A stretch of DNA of 64,000 nucleotides from Betaproteobacteria bacterium (GCA_016867975.1 VGIC01000004.1:11252-75251), one strand, 5' to 3'; numbered from the stretch's first letter, positions 24,706 to 35,894 are shown. Made by a program: numbers and translations. Notes: a model not told the origin generated them from the sequence alone.

Positions 24706-25512
24706 TTATGCAGACGTTCTCAGGCTTGCAGTCAAGTGCGGATCCAAAGTTTGCAACATCTGCGCAAACACTTTCGGGTTGGCCGCTACGATGTTACCGG
24801 TTTTCAGCCAACTTTCATTGCCTTCAAAATCCCCTACAATACCGCCAGCTTCCTGTACCAACAAACCACCCGCTGCAATATCCCAAGTGGAAAGATTGAT
24901 CTCGAAAAAGCCATCAACCCAGCCCGCGGCCACGTAAGCCAAATCCAAAGCAGCAGAACCTGGACGACGAATGCCCGTGGTCTTTTTGATCATGTCTTTG
25001 AGCATCCCCATGTAAGTATCCAAATGCGTGAAATCGCGGAATGGGAAACCGGTAGCAATCAACGAGTCTTGCAGCCTGGTGCGCTTAGTTACGCGGATAC
25101 GCTTATCGTTCAAGAACGCACCACGACCTTTGGTCGCGGTAAACAGGTCATTATGCACCGGGTCGTAGATCACCGCTTGCGTCAGCACGCCTTTTTGCTG
25201 CAAAGCGATCGATATGCAATACTGGGGAAAACTGTGCAAAAAATTGGTTGTGCCATCCAGGGGATCAATGATCCAGATATTATCCGCTTGCTGATTACTC
25301 TCACCGCTCTCTTCTCCCAAGAAACCATGATCAGGATACGCCTCTTTGAGCGTCTCAATGATGGCCTGTTCTGCCGCACGGTCTACATCGCTCACAAAAT
25401 CATTATAGGTTTTGGATTGGATGACGAGTGAACCGACATCTTGCGAAGCGCGATTAATGATAGTGCCGGCTTTACGCGCGGCTTTGACTGCGTTGATGAG
25501 CATTGGGTGCAT
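24706..25512 (-). CDS. suhB: Inositol monophosphatase / Nus factor SuhB
   Basis: [32 protein letters not shown] and WDIAAG motifs; divergent from trmJ. Confidence 0.95.
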   Translation of the reverse strand: MHPMLINAVKAARKAGTIINRASQDVGSLVIQSKTYNDFVSDVDRAAEQAIIETLKEAYPDHGFLGEESGESNQQADNIWIIDPLDGTTNFLHSFPQYCISIALQQKGVLTQAVIYDPVHNDLFTATKGRGAFLNDKRIRVTKRTRLQDSLIATGFPFRDFTHLDTYMGMLKDMIKKTTGIRRPGSAALDLAYVAAGWVDGFFEINLSTWDIAAGGLLVQEAGGIVGDFEGNESWLKTGNIVAANPKVFAQMLQTLDPHLTASLRTSA

Positions 25513-25594
25513 GGCGAATAAACTTTAAAGAACTGATAAAATGTTATTTTAACTTTTTATCGTGCTTAATCCAAATTAAACACTCAAACCAACC

Positions 25595-26338
25595 TTGAAT
25601 AATCAACACATCTTCAACAACATCCGCGTGGTACTTTGCCAGACTAGCCACCCCGGCAACATCGGCTCTACAGCACGCGCCATGAAGACCATGGGGCTAC
25701 ATCAGCTCTATCTGGTACGCCCTAAACATTTTCCTGATGGCGAAGCCAAATCGCTTGCCGTCAATGCGGGTGATGTGCTGGATCGCGCCATCGTCACCGC
25801 TACACTAGAAGAAGCTATTGCAGACTGCCAGTTTGTCATTGGCGTCAGCGGCAAAGAACGCTCGCTCTCTCAGGAAGTCATGACCGTCCGCGAGGCCGCA
25901 CAACTCGTGCATCAAATTGCCGGCCAGCAACAAGTGGCCTTGGTATTCGGCACGGAAATGAGTGGCTTATCGAACGTCGAGGCGAATCGCTGTCAGGTAC
26001 TGGCAACCATACCGGCGAATCCGGAATACACCTCGCTCAATTTAGCGCAAGCTGTGCAAATCATGTGCTACGAAGTGCGCATGGCGATTACGGATGGAAA
26101 GTTGCACTACGCAGAAAAGCCGCTGGAATTAGCCAGCCAAGAGGATTTAGAGCGCTTTTATCAGCACATGCAGGAGGTTTTAGCTGAAATTGGCTACATC
26201 AACCCTCGCGCCCCCAAAAAACTGTTCGAACGCATACGCCGCATCTACGCGCGCAGCCGACTAGAAAAGGAAGAGGTCAATCTTTTACGCGGCATATTAA
26301 CGCTCTCCATTACACCCAAAAAACATACCAAATATTAA
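25595..26338 (+). CDS. trmJ: tRNA C32/U32 2'-O-methyltransferase (SPOUT)
   Basis: SHPGNIGSTARAMKTMG, VFGTE..GLSN and SLNLAQAV motifs; typical suhB-trmJ-cysE-iscR context. Confidence 0.9.
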   Translation: MNNQHIFNNIRVVLCQTSHPGNIGSTARAMKTMGLHQLYLVRPKHFPDGEAKSLAVNAGDVLDRAIVTATLEEAIADCQFVIGVSGKERSLSQEVMTVREAAQLVHQIAGQQQVALVFGTEMSGLSNVEANRCQVLATIPANPEYTSLNLAQAVQIMCYEVRMAITDGKLHYAEKPLELASQEDLERFYQHMQEVLAEIGYINPRAPKKLFERIRRIYARSRLEKEEVNLLRGILTLSITPKKHTKY

Positions 26339-26467
26339 GGAAGCGCGGATGAATTCCGTTCGTGGTGAGTGTTTTCCGCTCGCTCCTTCGATACACCGCG
26401 CTACGTGCGGCAGTCAGGACGAACGGAAAACGTATCGAACCATAACGCAGAATTCATCAATGTCTCC
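26339..26467. mobile_element. MITE-like element with IS5-like ends and palindromic cargo
   Basis: Imperfect 18-bp TIRs (GGAAGCGCGGATGAATTC / revcomp GGAGACATTGATGAATTC) flanked by TTAA direct repeats, the left one containing the trmJ stop. Internal IRs CCGTTCGT/ACGAACGG and TTCGATAC/GTATCGAA are interleaved. Confidence 0.7.
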
Positions 26468-26496
26468 TTAAACTGCACTTGTGAATACGATGTTAG

Positions 26497-26518
26497 AAAT
26501 TGACTAAAATCCTCATTT
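26497..26518 (+). promoter_or_regulatory. Possible IscR-type site upstream of cysE
   Basis: AAATTGACTAAAATCCTCATTT shares TTGACTAAAA with the iscR-proximal site. Confidence 0.4.
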
Positions 26519-26578
26519 ACTCCACATAAACTACGGCTTTTTGTCAATTTTGCCTAGCCTTCACCGCGTTCTTCTATA

Positions 26579-26592
26579 CGTGCAAAGGTCTC
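26579..26592. repeat. Solo copy of the GAGACCTTTGCA terminal repeat
   Basis: CGTGCAAAGGTCTC matches the right ends at 38401 and 56757; no partner end seen nearby. Confidence 0.45.
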
Positions 26593-26614
26593 CAGTAAAT
26601 TCTTTTATGGCATA

Positions 26615-27379
26615 ATGTCGCCTATGTTTAATCACATCAAAGAAGATATTTCCATCGTGTTCGAGCGAGACCCCGCGGCGCGCACACGCTGGGAAATTTT
26701 GACCACTTATCCAGGTGTGCATGCCTTACTAATACACCGCTTCAGCCATTGCTTGTGGCGTAAGAACTGGTTTTGGCTGGGTCGCTTCTTTTCACATTTA
26801 GGCCGCTGGCTGACAGGCATTGAGATTCATCCCGGCGCAACCATTGGTCGCCGCGTGTTCATTGACCATGGCATGGGCATCGTGATTGGCGAGACCGCAA
26901 CGATTGGTGACGATTGCACGCTCTACCACGGTGTCACTCTAGGTGGGACATCATGGAACAAAGGGAAACGCCACCCTACGCTAGAAAACGGCGTGGTGAT
27001 TGGTGCTGGCGCCAAGGTGCTAGGCCCTATCACAATAGGTGTAGGGGCGAAAATCGGCTCCAATGCCGTCGTTGTTAAAGATGTTCCTGCCAACGCCACG
27101 GCTGTCGGCATTCCTGCTCGGATCCTGGAAGAAGAGAAATCCAAGCAACGCGAAGCCACCGCACAGAAAATCGGATTCGCAGCTTACGCAGTTGGCAATG
27201 ATGAGAATGATCCAATGATTAAAGCCATTCACTCCTTGCTGGACCATGCAACAAAGCAAGATATCGCCTTACGGCAGCTACAGGCGCAGCTTGATAGGCT
27301 CAACGTGAATGAAGAAACCGATGCTGAAATCGGAGATGCATTTGATGTTCAACCTAACACCCAATCGTCAAAAGAGTGA
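26615..27379 (+). CDS. cysE: Serine O-acetyltransferase
   Basis: [34 protein letters not shown] and hexapeptide repeats. Confidence 0.96.
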   Translation: MSPMFNHIKEDISIVFERDPAARTRWEILTTYPGVHALLIHRFSHCLWRKNWFWLGRFFSHLGRWLTGIEIHPGATIGRRVFIDHGMGIVIGETATIGDDCTLYHGVTLGGTSWNKGKRHPTLENGVVIGAGAKVLGPITIGVGAKIGSNAVVVKDVPANATAVGIPARILEEEKSKQREATAQKIGFAAYAVGNDENDPMIKAIHSLLDHATKQDIALRQLQAQLDRLNVNEETDAEIGDAFDVQPNTQSSKE

Positions 27380-27401
27380 TCCGACGAACCTAAATCGCAC
27401 A

Positions 27402-27426
27402 ATAGTTGACTAAAAACGTAGGGAAT
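27402..27426 (+). promoter_or_regulatory. IscR type-1 binding site / iscR promoter
   Basis: ATAGTTGACTAAAAACGTAGGGAAT resembles ATASYYGACTRWWWYAGTCRRSTAT. Confidence 0.7.
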
Positions 27427-27468
27427 TATACAATCGCCTCCTAGGTCAACTTTTATAAAGTACACACT

Positions 27469-27930
27469 ATGCGCCTCACCACCAAAGGACGATTTGCCGT
27501 CACTGCCATGCTGGATTTGGCAATGCACGAAGCGAAAGGCACTGCTCATGAAAAACCCGTGACGTTAGCTGCTATCAGTGAGCGCCAGAACATCTCGCTC
27601 TCTTATCTGGAACAGCTTTTCAGTCGGCTACGTCGCGAAGGGTTGGTCAATAGCGTACGCGGCCCTGGTGGTGGTTACAATCTTGCCAAGAATTACAACG
27701 AAATCTCCATTGCTACCGTCATCCAAGCGGTGGACGAGTTGATTGATGCCACCCAATGTGGGGGTGAGAAAAATTGCCGCAATGACAAAGGCCCATGCAT
27801 GACGCATGAGCTATGGGCATCGCTCAACGTCAAGATTCTGGACTACCTTTCAGGCGTCACACTTGCCGATGTAATTGCCAGCCAAACTGGGAAAAAGATT
27901 GAAATGAGGGCGCGGCCTAAAAAGGCTTAA
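27469..27930 (+). CDS. iscR: Fe-S cluster assembly regulator IscR
   Basis: [34 protein letters not shown] and three Cys ([14 protein letters not shown]). Confidence 0.96.
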   Translation: MRLTTKGRFAVTAMLDLAMHEAKGTAHEKPVTLAAISERQNISLSYLEQLFSRLRREGLVNSVRGPGGGYNLAKNYNEISIATVIQAVDELIDATQCGGEKNCRNDKGPCMTHELWASLNVKILDYLSGVTLADVIASQTGKKIEMRARPKKA

Positions 27931-27957
27931 CCTGAGGCGGATAAACAAGACTTATAC

Positions 27958-29118
27958 ATGAACGACACCTACCTAGACCACAACGCCACAACCGCACTTG
28001 ATCGCCGAGTGCTTGATGTCATGTTGCCTTGGTTGCTTGAGCAAGCTGGCAACCCAACCAGTCGTCATACTTTTGGTCGAACAGCGCGCAATGCCATTGA
28101 ACATGCAAGGACACAAGTGGCTGAGGCATGCGGCGCCCATGCATCGCAGGTCATCTTCACAGCTTCAGGCACGGAAAGCAACAACTTTGCCATCAAAGGT
28201 ATCAGTGCGAATCTGACGCATAAACGTGTCTTACTCAGCACAATCGAGCATCCTTGTGTTGCGCGCCCAGCCGCAACATTGCAAGCACAAGGCTTTGCCA
28301 TCGAGCGTATTGATGTAGATTACAATGGTAAGCTGAACAAAGCACAACTGAAGACGCAACTTAAAAAACCAGCAGGACTGATTTCGGTCATGCTGGCCAA
28401 CAACGAAACTGGTGGGATTCAAGACATTGCCCAAATAGGCGAATTGGTAAAACAGGCTGGCGCGCTCATGCATACCGATGCCGTGCAAGGCTTGGGCAAG
28501 CTACCATTACATTTCAATAGCCTGAATGTACACGCCATGACCATTTCCAGTCACAAGGTTCATGGTCCGCAAGGCGCGGCTGCGCTGATTCTCGACAAGC
28601 GAGTCGACATTCAACCACTGCTACATGGCGGCGGTCAGGAAAAAGGATTACGCAGTGGCACAGAAAACATCGCCGCCATTGTCGGTTTTGGCATGGCGTG
28701 CGAGCTGGCGATGACCAATCTAGCACATTTCTCCAGCCATACCGCAGCATTGCGCGACCGACTTGAACAAGGGCTAATGCAGTTAAACGCCACGCGCACC
28801 AGCATCACCATATTCGGCAAAACGACAGCCCGACTCCCCAATACCAGCTTTTTCGCAGTCGATGGCATTGAAGGGGAAACCCTGGTAATGGCGCTGGATC
28901 GTGCTGGGTTTGCAGTTGCCAGCGGCTCAGCCTGTTCAAGCGACAGCACCGAACCCAGCCACGTCCTGCTGGCCATGGGAGTAAGTGAAGATCTGGCACG
29001 CGGTGCCATCCGTGTCAGCTTTGGTACTAATAATACCTTGCAGCAGGTCGATGATTTTCTCGCCACATTGACTCAGGAAATATCAAGATTAAAACAGTTA
29101 ACAAGCATTGCAGCTTAA
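27958..29118 (+). CDS. Second cysteine desulfurase (NifS/IscS-like, short C-terminus)
   Basis: YLDHNATT, HTDAVQ, SHKVHGPQG (PLP Lys) and SGSACSS (catalytic Cys); 386 aa. Confidence 0.92.
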   Translation: MNDTYLDHNATTALDRRVLDVMLPWLLEQAGNPTSRHTFGRTARNAIEHARTQVAEACGAHASQVIFTASGTESNNFAIKGISANLTHKRVLLSTIEHPCVARPAATLQAQGFAIERIDVDYNGKLNKAQLKTQLKKPAGLISVMLANNETGGIQDIAQIGELVKQAGALMHTDAVQGLGKLPLHFNSLNVHAMTISSHKVHGPQGAAALILDKRVDIQPLLHGGGQEKGLRSGTENIAAIVGFGMACELAMTNLAHFSSHTAALRDRLEQGLMQLNATRTSITIFGKTTARLPNTSFFAVDGIEGETLVMALDRAGFAVASGSACSSDSTEPSHVLLAMGVSEDLARGAIRVSFGTNNTLQQVDDFLATLTQEISRLKQLTSIAA

Positions 29119-29133
29119 GGATCACATCAACAA

Positions 29134-30387
29134 ATGTCAGCTTCTATCGAATTACCCGTATTAAAACATCGCGATGACGCACATCCGCTCTATCTGGATT
29201 ATTCTGCCACCACACCCGTGGATCCTCGTGTAGCCGCGAAAATGATTCCCTATCTGACCGAGAATTTCGGCAATCCAGCTTCACGCAGCCACCCATACGG
29301 CTGGACTGCAGAAGAAGCCGTCGAAAATGCGCGTGAAGAAGTCGCCAAGCTGGTTGGTGCTGACCCCCGAGAAATTGTCTGGACATCAGGCGCAACAGAA
29401 TCCAACAACCTAGCCATCAAAGGTGCTGCTCACTTTTATGCAGCAACCAAAGGGAAGCACATCATCACTATCGCCACCGAGCATAAGGCAGTGATTGACC
29501 CTGTGCGTGAGCTGGAGCGTCAAGGCTTTGAGGCAACCTTCTTGATACCTGAGCCCAATGGATTGGTGGATATCGAGAAATTCAAAGCTGCAATTCGCCC
29601 CGATACCGTGCTGGCCAGCGTGATGTTCGTTAACAATGAGATCGGTGTAATTCAAGACATCGAGGCAATTGGTCATATCTGCCGCGCGAATAACGTGATT
29701 TTCCATGTCGATGCCGCGCAAGCCACAGGAAAGGTACAGATCAACCTGGAAAAACTACCGGTTGATTTAATGAGTCTCAGTGCTCATAAAACCTACGGAC
29801 CTAAAGGCATTGGTGCGTTGTATGTGCGTCGCAAACCGCGTGTCCGTATTGAAGCGCAAATACACGGTGGTGGGCATGAGCGCGGCATGCGCTCCGGCAC
29901 CTTGGCCACACACCAGATTGCAGGCATGGGAGAGGCCTTCCGCATCGCACGTGAAGAAATGGATACAGAAAACGAACGCATTCGTCGCCTACGTGACAGG
30001 TTGTTACAAGGGCTACTAGAAATCGAAGAAGTGTATGTGAACGGTGAGTTAGAGCATCGTGTACCGCACAATTTGAACATCAGCTTCAATTATGTAGAAG
30101 GCGAATCGCTGATCATGGCGGTCAAAGGCATCGCGGTTTCCAGCGGTTCAGCCTGTACTTCAGCCAGCCTAGAGCCCAGCTATGTGCTACGCGCCTTAGG
30201 TCGTAGCGATGAGTTAGCACACAGCTCTATTCGCTTCTCAATCGGCCGCTTCACCACTGAGGCCGATGTTGATTACACGATTGAACTGATGAAAAGCAAG
30301 ATTGGTAAATTAAGAGAACTGTCACCACTCTGGGAGATGTTCCAGGACGGAATTGACATCTCCAAAGTACAGTGGGCAGCACATTGA
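29134..30387 (+). CDS. iscS: Cysteine desulfurase IscS
   Basis: [36 protein letters not shown] and the C-terminal [14 protein letters not shown] tail. Confidence 0.97.
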   Translation: MSASIELPVLKHRDDAHPLYLDYSATTPVDPRVAAKMIPYLTENFGNPASRSHPYGWTAEEAVENAREEVAKLVGADPREIVWTSGATESNNLAIKGAAHFYAATKGKHIITIATEHKAVIDPVRELERQGFEATFLIPEPNGLVDIEKFKAAIRPDTVLASVMFVNNEIGVIQDIEAIGHICRANNVIFHVDAAQATGKVQINLEKLPVDLMSLSAHKTYGPKGIGALYVRRKPRVRIEAQIHGGGHERGMRSGTLATHQIAGMGEAFRIAREEMDTENERIRRLRDRLLQGLLEIEEVYVNGELEHRVPHNLNISFNYVEGESLIMAVKGIAVSSGSACTSASLEPSYVLRALGRSDELAHSSIRFSIGRFTTEADVDYTIELMKSKIGKLRELSPLWEMFQDGIDISKVQWAAH

Positions 30388-30401
30388 TAATTTATCTTTG
30401 A

Positions 30402-30475
30402 CTTGTCTGACGTTGTTATCGGCAAGCTCATTTAGAACAAACTAAATGTCGCTTGCCTCTGCCTAATCAGCCAAG
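30402..30475 (-). repeat. Hairpin repeat, divergent variant of the AAGGCG...CAAC family
   Basis: Nested IRs CTTGTCTGA/TCAGCCAAG, GGCAAGC/GCTTGCC and ATTTAG/CTAAAT; minus strand reads AGGCA...CTAAATGAG...CAACG. Confidence 0.55.
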
Positions 30476-30520
30476 CAAATCTTAAATTATCGTAACGATT
30501 GTTTGATAGGAAGTTTATTA

Positions 30521-30624
30521 AAAAATTAAAAGGCAAAGCAAAATCAAGGCGGCAAGGCGCAGAGCAGTACGTATTTGTACGGCAAGCCGAGCCAACGACG
30601 ATTTTGCGAAGCGTTTTAATTTTT
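30521..30624 (+). repeat. Palindromic element (AAGGCG core) directly before the iscU RBS
   Basis: 25-bp arms with 21/25 match; core CAAGGCGG-N6-GCAGAGCAGTACG-TATTT-GTACGGCAAG-N6-CAAC shared with 50391-50490. Confidence 0.7.
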
Positions 30625-30637
30625 AAGGAGTGTTGAA

Positions 30638-31033
30638 ATGGCTTATAGCGACAAAGTACTAGATCATTACGAAAACCCACGTAACGTGGGCAGTCTAGAC
30701 AAAAATGATCCTCAAGTAGGCACCGGCATGGTGGGTGCACCGGCATGTGGCGACGTGATGAAACTCATGATCAAGGTTAATGACGACGGCATCATTGAAG
30801 ATGCCAAATTTAAGACCTATGGTTGCGGCTCCGCGATTGCCTCTAGCTCATTGGTCACAGAGTGGCTAAAAGGCAGAACCATTGAAGAAGCTTATGCAAT
30901 CAAGAATTCTGAGATAGCAGAAGAGCTGGCTTTACCGCCGGTCAAAATCCACTGCTCTGTACTGGCAGAAGATGCCATCAAAGCAGCTGTTGCTGACATC
31001 AAAGCCAAGCAGGCAGCCAAAGATAACGCTTAA
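30638..31033 (+). CDS. iscU: Fe-S scaffold IscU
   Basis: GAPACGDVMKL, KTYGCGSAIASSS and LPPVKIHCS motifs. Confidence 0.98.
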   Translation: MAYSDKVLDHYENPRNVGSLDKNDPQVGTGMVGAPACGDVMKLMIKVNDDGIIEDAKFKTYGCGSAIASSSLVTEWLKGRTIEEAYAIKNSEIAEELALPPVKIHCSVLAEDAIKAAVADIKAKQAAKDNA

Positions 31034-31061
31034 TAAATTTGATGATAAAGACTAAATAGAA

Positions 31062-31385
31062 ATGGCAATCACACTGACACAAACTGCGGCTACCCGCGTA
31101 GAAAAATTCCTGGCGAACCGTGGCAAAGGCATTGGCCTTCGTCTAGGCGTTAAAACTACCGGCTGCTCCGGCATGGCCTATACGCTTGAGTTTGTAGATG
31201 AGATGCAGCCGGAGGACCTTTCATTTGAGAGCCATGGCGTAAAGGTGATTGTAGACCCCAAGAGTCTGGTTTACATCGATGGCACGGAGCTGGACTTTAC
31301 GAAAGAGGGTTTGAACGAAGGCTTTAAATTTAACAACCCGAATGTGAAAGATGAATGCGGCTGTGGCGAAAGTTTCACTGTATAA
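31062..31385 (+). CDS. iscA: A-type Fe-S carrier IscA
   Basis: TTGCSG and ECGCGESF motifs. Confidence 0.98.
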   Translation: MAITLTQTAATRVEKFLANRGKGIGLRLGVKTTGCSGMAYTLEFVDEMQPEDLSFESHGVKVIVDPKSLVYIDGTELDFTKEGLNEGFKFNNPNVKDECGCGESFTV

Positions 31386-31504
31386 AATGCATATGCAAGC
31401 CACTGACTTTGTTGCGCGGTACTCAAAATCCTCATGTACTTCTAGTACATTCCGGCTTCTGCGTTCCGTGCGCCTCGTCATCAATCTTGCTTAAGCATTT
31501 TATA
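31381..31504 (-). repeat. Palindromic element (AAGGCG core, reverse orientation) between iscA and hscB
   Basis: 19-bp arms TATAAAATGCATATGCAAG / CTTGCTTAAGCATTTTATA (17/19) overlapping the iscA stop. Shares GCGCACGGAACGCAGAA and GAGTACCGCG with 35752-35894. Confidence 0.75.
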
Positions 31505-31512
31505 ACTGCCTC

Positions 31513-32031
31513 ATGTTACAAAACCACTTTCAACTTTTCTCTCTGCCCAAGCAATTTGATATCGATGTAAAAGCGCTCGAGTCGAATTACCGCAAGATTC
31601 AATCTGCCAGCCACCCAGACAGATTCGTCAATGCATCTGCATCGGAAAAACTTCAGTCCATGCAACTGGCCACCTCCGCCAACGAGGCCTATCAAGTACT
31701 CAAAAAGCCAGCCAGACGCGCGCAGTATCTGCTTGAACTGAACGGAGTCAATGCGATAGCAGACACCAACACGGCGATGCCTGTCGAATTTCTGATGCAG
31801 CAAATGGAGTGGCGCGAGCGCATGGAAGATGCAAAAGCAGCGCGTGACATCGCAACCTTGGAAACGCTCAACGCTGAACTGCACAAGGATGCACGCTCTA
31901 TCCAGACCGAGTTGGCGCACCTGTTCGATAGGCAAAACGACCTAAGCAAAGCCACCGCAGAGACACGTAAACTCATTTTTATTGATAAAGTCTGTGCCGA
32001 TATTCTGCATGCCATAGAACAAATTGAGTAG
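31513..32031 (+). CDS. hscB: Co-chaperone HscB
   Basis: J-domain HPD motif, NEAYQVLK..RAQYLL and EFLMQQMEWRE. Confidence 0.96.
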   Translation: MLQNHFQLFSLPKQFDIDVKALESNYRKIQSASHPDRFVNASASEKLQSMQLATSANEAYQVLKKPARRAQYLLELNGVNAIADTNTAMPVEFLMQQMEWRERMEDAKAARDIATLETLNAELHKDARSIQTELAHLFDRQNDLSKATAETRKLIFIDKVCADILHAIEQIE

Positions 32032-32083
32032 GCTCGGCTAGAATAAGCACCTCAGATTAATCACACCCACTTTAAATTCAGGT

Positions 32084-33979
32084 ATGGCATTACTCCAAAT
32101 TTCCGAACCAGGCATGAGCGCCGCTCCCCACCAGCACCGACTGGCTGTGGGCATCGACCTAGGCACCACGAACTCCTTGGTAGCCACAGTGCGCAGCGGC
32201 ATGAGTACTGTGCTGCAGGATGACCATGGTCATGCCCTACTACCTTCTGTGGTGCGCTATGCCATCAACGGTGAAGTGATTGTCGGCCATGAAGCACAAG
32301 CGCAGCAAAGCGCCGACCCCGCCAACACCATCAGCTCGGTCAAACGCTTCATGGGGCGCGGCATCCACGACATTGTGGATCGAGCACATATCCCTTACCG
32401 TTTTGTGACCAGTCAGCAAGCGCAGTCATCAAAGATGCTGCAAATCGATACGCGCGCTGGACTCAAAACGCCGGTAGAAATCTCTGCCGAGATTTTGAAG
32501 ACGCTCAAAGCACGTGCAGAAAAGTCACTCGGTGGCGAATTGGTCGGTGTAGTGATCACCGTGCCCGCTTACTTTGATGACGCACAGCGCCAAGCCACTA
32601 AAGATGCAGCGAGACTAGCCGGCCTAAATGTGCTACGCCTGCTGAATGAACCCACTGCAGCGGCTGTTGCCTATGGTTTGGACAATGCTTCAGAAGGCAC
32701 CTATGTGATTTACGACTTAGGCGGCGGCACCTTCGATGTTTCTATCCTGCGGCTTGCCAAAGGCGTGTTTGAGGTACTGGCCACTAACGGCGACTCTGCC
32801 TTGGGAGGCGATGATTTTGATCACCGCATCTACTGCTGGGTACTAGACAAAGTACGTGAAGCAAGCAAAAACTTCGTCCCACTCAATGAAGAAGACACGC
32901 GCCTCTTGCTCAACAAAGCGCGGCAGGCAAAAGAATGGCTCACCGATAATTTTGAAGCTCAGATCCTCTGCAAACTCAGCACGGGCACATTGGTAGATGT
33001 CACGCTGACCGCACCGCAACTGGTTGAGATCACGGAGCATCTTGTCACCAAGACACTTTCCCCCACTCGCAAAGCCATGCGCGATGCCAACCTGAGCATT
33101 GAAGACATCCATGGTGTAGTACTGGTAGGCGGCGCGACACGCATGCCGCACATCCGGCAGGCAGTCGAAGATTTCTTCAAACAGGAACCACTCACCAATT
33201 TAGATCCTGATAAAGTCGTCGCGCTGGGTGCAGCCATCCAAGCCAATGCATTAGTAGGCAACCGCAGTGATAACGATTTACTGTTGCTAGATGTCACACC
33301 ACTTTCTCTTGGTCTGGAAACCATGGGCGGCTTGGTAGAAAAAATCATTCCGCGTAACAGCACCCTGCCGATTGCACGCGCGCAAGATTTCACCACTTAC
33401 AAGGATGGCCAGACTGCGATGAGCATCCATATCGTACAAGGTGAGCGTGAGCTAGTCAGTGATTGCCGCTCACTGGCACGTTTTGATTTGCGAGGCATTC
33501 CACCCATGGCAGCTGGGGCAGCGCGTATCCGCGTCACGTTCACGGTAGATGCCGATGGCTTGTTATCAGTTTCTGCGCGAGAGCAAAGCACTGGCGTGGA
33601 AGCCCACATCGAAGTGAAGCCTTCCTATGGACTTACGGAAGAAGAAATCACTAACATGCTCAAAGCCTCTTTCGCCAGCGCGGCGACCGACAAAAAAGCC
33701 CGCATGTTGCATGAAGCCAGAGTCAGCGCTGGTGCAATTATTCAATCAGTGAATCTAGCGCTGAAAAATGATGGACATCTCATTAACAACGCAGAACAAC
33801 AAGCCATTCGTGATGAAGTTGCACGACTAGAAGCGGTTGCACAAGCTGATGATGCACATGCCATTAATCAGGCGGTGGAAAAGCTCAATCAAGCAACTGA
33901 GGCTTTTGCAGCCGCCCGTATGAATGCAAGTGTCAGCTTGGCCTTAAGCGGCAAAGCCATTAACTCTTTGGAAATGTAA
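32084..33979 (+). CDS. hscA: Fe-S chaperone HscA (Hsp70 family)
   Basis: [34 protein letters not shown] and DLGGGTFD motifs. Confidence 0.97.
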   Translation: MALLQISEPGMSAAPHQHRLAVGIDLGTTNSLVATVRSGMSTVLQDDHGHALLPSVVRYAINGEVIVGHEAQAQQSADPANTISSVKRFMGRGIHDIVDRAHIPYRFVTSQQAQSSKMLQIDTRAGLKTPVEISAEILKTLKARAEKSLGGELVGVVITVPAYFDDAQRQATKDAARLAGLNVLRLLNEPTAAAVAYGLDNASEGTYVIYDLGGGTFDVSILRLAKGVFEVLATNGDSALGGDDFDHRIYCWVLDKVREASKNFVPLNEEDTRLLLNKARQAKEWLTDNFEAQILCKLSTGTLVDVTLTAPQLVEITEHLVTKTLSPTRKAMRDANLSIEDIHGVVLVGGATRMPHIRQAVEDFFKQEPLTNLDPDKVVALGAAIQANALVGNRSDNDLLLLDVTPLSLGLETMGGLVEKIIPRNSTLPIARAQDFTTYKDGQTAMSIHIVQGERELVSDCRSLARFDLRGIPPMAAGAARIRVTFTVDADGLLSVSAREQSTGVEAHIEVKPSYGLTEEEITNMLKASFASAATDKKARMLHEARVSAGAIIQSVNLALKNDGHLINNAEQQAIRDEVARLEAVAQADDAHAINQAVEKLNQATEAFAAARMNASVSLALSGKAINSLEM

Positions 33980-33981
33980 CC

Positions 33982-34323
33982 ATGCCACAAATCATCGTAC
34001 TGCCTCACATTGAACTCTGCCCGGAAGGCGCGGCAATTGAAGCCAACACAGGTGACTCCATTTGCGACACCTTACTCAACCACGATATTGATATTGACCA
34101 TGCCTGCGACAAAGTTTGCGCATGCACCACTTGCCACGTCATTGTGCGTGAAGGCTACAAAAGCCTGAACCCAGCTGAAGAGAGTGAAGAAGACCTGCTC
34201 GACAAGGCGTGGGGGCTGGAGCCCTTGTCACGCCTATCTTGCCAGGCCATTGTGGGTGATAGCGACCTTGTAGTGGAAATTCCCAAATACAGCATCAACA
34301 TGGCCAAAGAAGGCAAACGCTAG
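33982..34323 (+). CDS. fdx: ISC 2Fe-2S ferredoxin
   Basis: HACDKVCACTTCH and SRLSCQ motifs. Confidence 0.97.
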   Translation: MPQIIVLPHIELCPEGAAIEANTGDSICDTLLNHDIDIDHACDKVCACTTCHVIVREGYKSLNPAEESEEDLLDKAWGLEPLSRLSCQAIVGDSDLVVEIPKYSINMAKEGKR

Positions 34324-34343
34324 GGCCTATTCACAGGCCCTAG
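34320..34343. terminator. Hairpin between convergent fdx and SulP
   Basis: CTAGGGCCT-attcac-AGGCCCTAG; no clear U-tract. Confidence 0.45.
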
Positions 34344-34353
34344 TTAACAGACC

Positions 34354-35724
34354 CTAGTTCGCATCCACCTTCTCGATTTCCACCGTATCTTCTTTGCTGT
34401 GATGCAGCGGCACTTTTTTCAATAAAACAGCCATTGCAAAAATCACAATCGCGCTCAACACCGCTGGCAAGAAACCAGTGAGCGGCACCATGGCAGCGGT
34501 ATAAATCATCAGCCAAAAGTGAAACTTGCTTTTCATCTCCAGCACTTCCACAACTTCTTCCCATTTCACCATGCCAGAAGCCACATACAACAAAATGCCG
34601 CCGATACAAGCCATAGGTACTTGTTCCAAATGTGTTGCCAAATAGGCCGCCAGCAACAATTTGAACACGAATTTTGCAATACCAGCCAAAGGCGAAATCG
34701 CGCCCATGCGGATATTCACAGCGGTTCTGGCCAATGCACCAGTGTGCGGAAATCCGTTGAACAAGGGTGTGAAAATGTTCACCATACCCTGCCCCCATAG
34801 CTCTTTATTGGGGTTGTACGGTATGCCGGTGTTATTTGCCAACCTATCTGCCATGCGGCTACACAGCAGGCTTTCCACTGCGGCCACAAAGTAAATCGCC
34901 ACCGCAAAATACGCCAAATCCAGCCATACTGCGCCCGTCATTTCAGGTAATGCTGGCATGGTGAAGTTGAGAAAATCGGTTGGGATATTACCGTATTTAT
35001 CTTTGATTAAGACTAAGCCTTTGTCTTTCCAAAAAGTAGCGGCAGCCAACCAACCCAGCCCCAAACCAAATATCGGCGCGGGGATAAACACAGAGATTTT
35101 GATCAGGGTTTTGCAAATGGCAAATGTCGCCAGCGCCACAATCAGCGCGTAAACATTCATGTCCGGCAAAAATTCCAAGGTCTTTTGAATTTGGCTCATG
35201 AAGTTGTAGCCAATTTTCTCTTTAAAGCCAAACACCTCGCCCATTTGCGACATGGCAATCACAATCGCAATGCCGATGGTAAACCCCACCACAATGGAAT
35301 GCGGCACCAATGCCACGATACGGCCTTTTTTGGCAAGCCCTGTCATCATCAACATGGCACCTGCGATGATGGAACACAGCACCAAAAAGCTGTGATTATA
35401 AGTGGCCATTAAGCCCGCAATCACGGGGATATACGCCGCTGTGGGGCCATAGACTTGATATTTACTACCGCCAAACAGCGCGCCCAGCAAGCCCGCCACC
35501 GCCCCGCCCACAATGCCTTGCTCAGGGCGCAAGCCACTGGCCATGGCAAAGCCCATCGCCAGCGGAATGGCCACCATGGCGACCACCAAGCCGGCGGTTA
35601 AATCCTTAAATATATTTTTAGCAATATTGCCTTTTTTTAAGTCTTCATAACGCCCGTCATTGGGGTTCATGTAAAACTTGAGCGTACGTAGCAAATCGTG
35701 GCTATCTGTCTCGTGTTTAGTCAT
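34354..35724 (-). CDS. SulP/SLC26-family anion transporter lacking a STAS domain
   Basis: DLTAGLVVAMVAIPLAMGFAMASG, QVYGPT, NKELWGQG and ALARTAVN motifs; ends shortly after the last TM helix. Start placed at MTKHE; the ORF-track extension lies in a repeat element. Confidence 0.9.
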   Translation of the reverse strand: MTKHETDSHDLLRTLKFYMNPNDGRYEDLKKGNIAKNIFKDLTAGLVVAMVAIPLAMGFAMASGLRPEQGIVGGAVAGLLGALFGGSKYQVYGPTAAYIPVIAGLMATYNHSFLVLCSIIAGAMLMMTGLAKKGRIVALVPHSIVVGFTIGIAIVIAMSQMGEVFGFKEKIGYNFMSQIQKTLEFLPDMNVYALIVALATFAICKTLIKISVFIPAPIFGLGLGWLAAATFWKDKGLVLIKDKYGNIPTDFLNFTMPALPEMTGAVWLDLAYFAVAIYFVAAVESLLCSRMADRLANNTGIPYNPNKELWGQGMVNIFTPLFNGFPHTGALARTAVNIRMGAISPLAGIAKFVFKLLLAAYLATHLEQVPMACIGGILLYVASGMVKWEEVVEVLEMKSKFHFWLMIYTAAMVPLTGFLPAVLSAIVIFAMAVLLKKVPLHHSKEDTVEIEKVDAN

Positions 35725-35751
35725 TTTATAAGTGTCCTGTGTGTTGTTTAA

Positions 35752-35894
35752 GGAAAGGCTGATTAAATCGGCGAGCGAGATAAAGTGCAAGGCGCACGGA
35801 ACGCAGAAACCGAGATAGTATGCGGTATACAGCGAGGTTGCGAGTACCGCGTAACGAAGCAATTTGCTCGCGTAGACATTTAATCAGTGTTTCC
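35752..35894. mobile_element. MITE-like element: GGAAA..CTGATTAAAT shell with AAGGCG core
   Basis: 17-bp TIRs (15/17) flanked by TTAA and TTAG; the right flank is the carbonic anhydrase stop. Core is homologous to 31381-31504 and 56344-56757. Confidence 0.75.
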
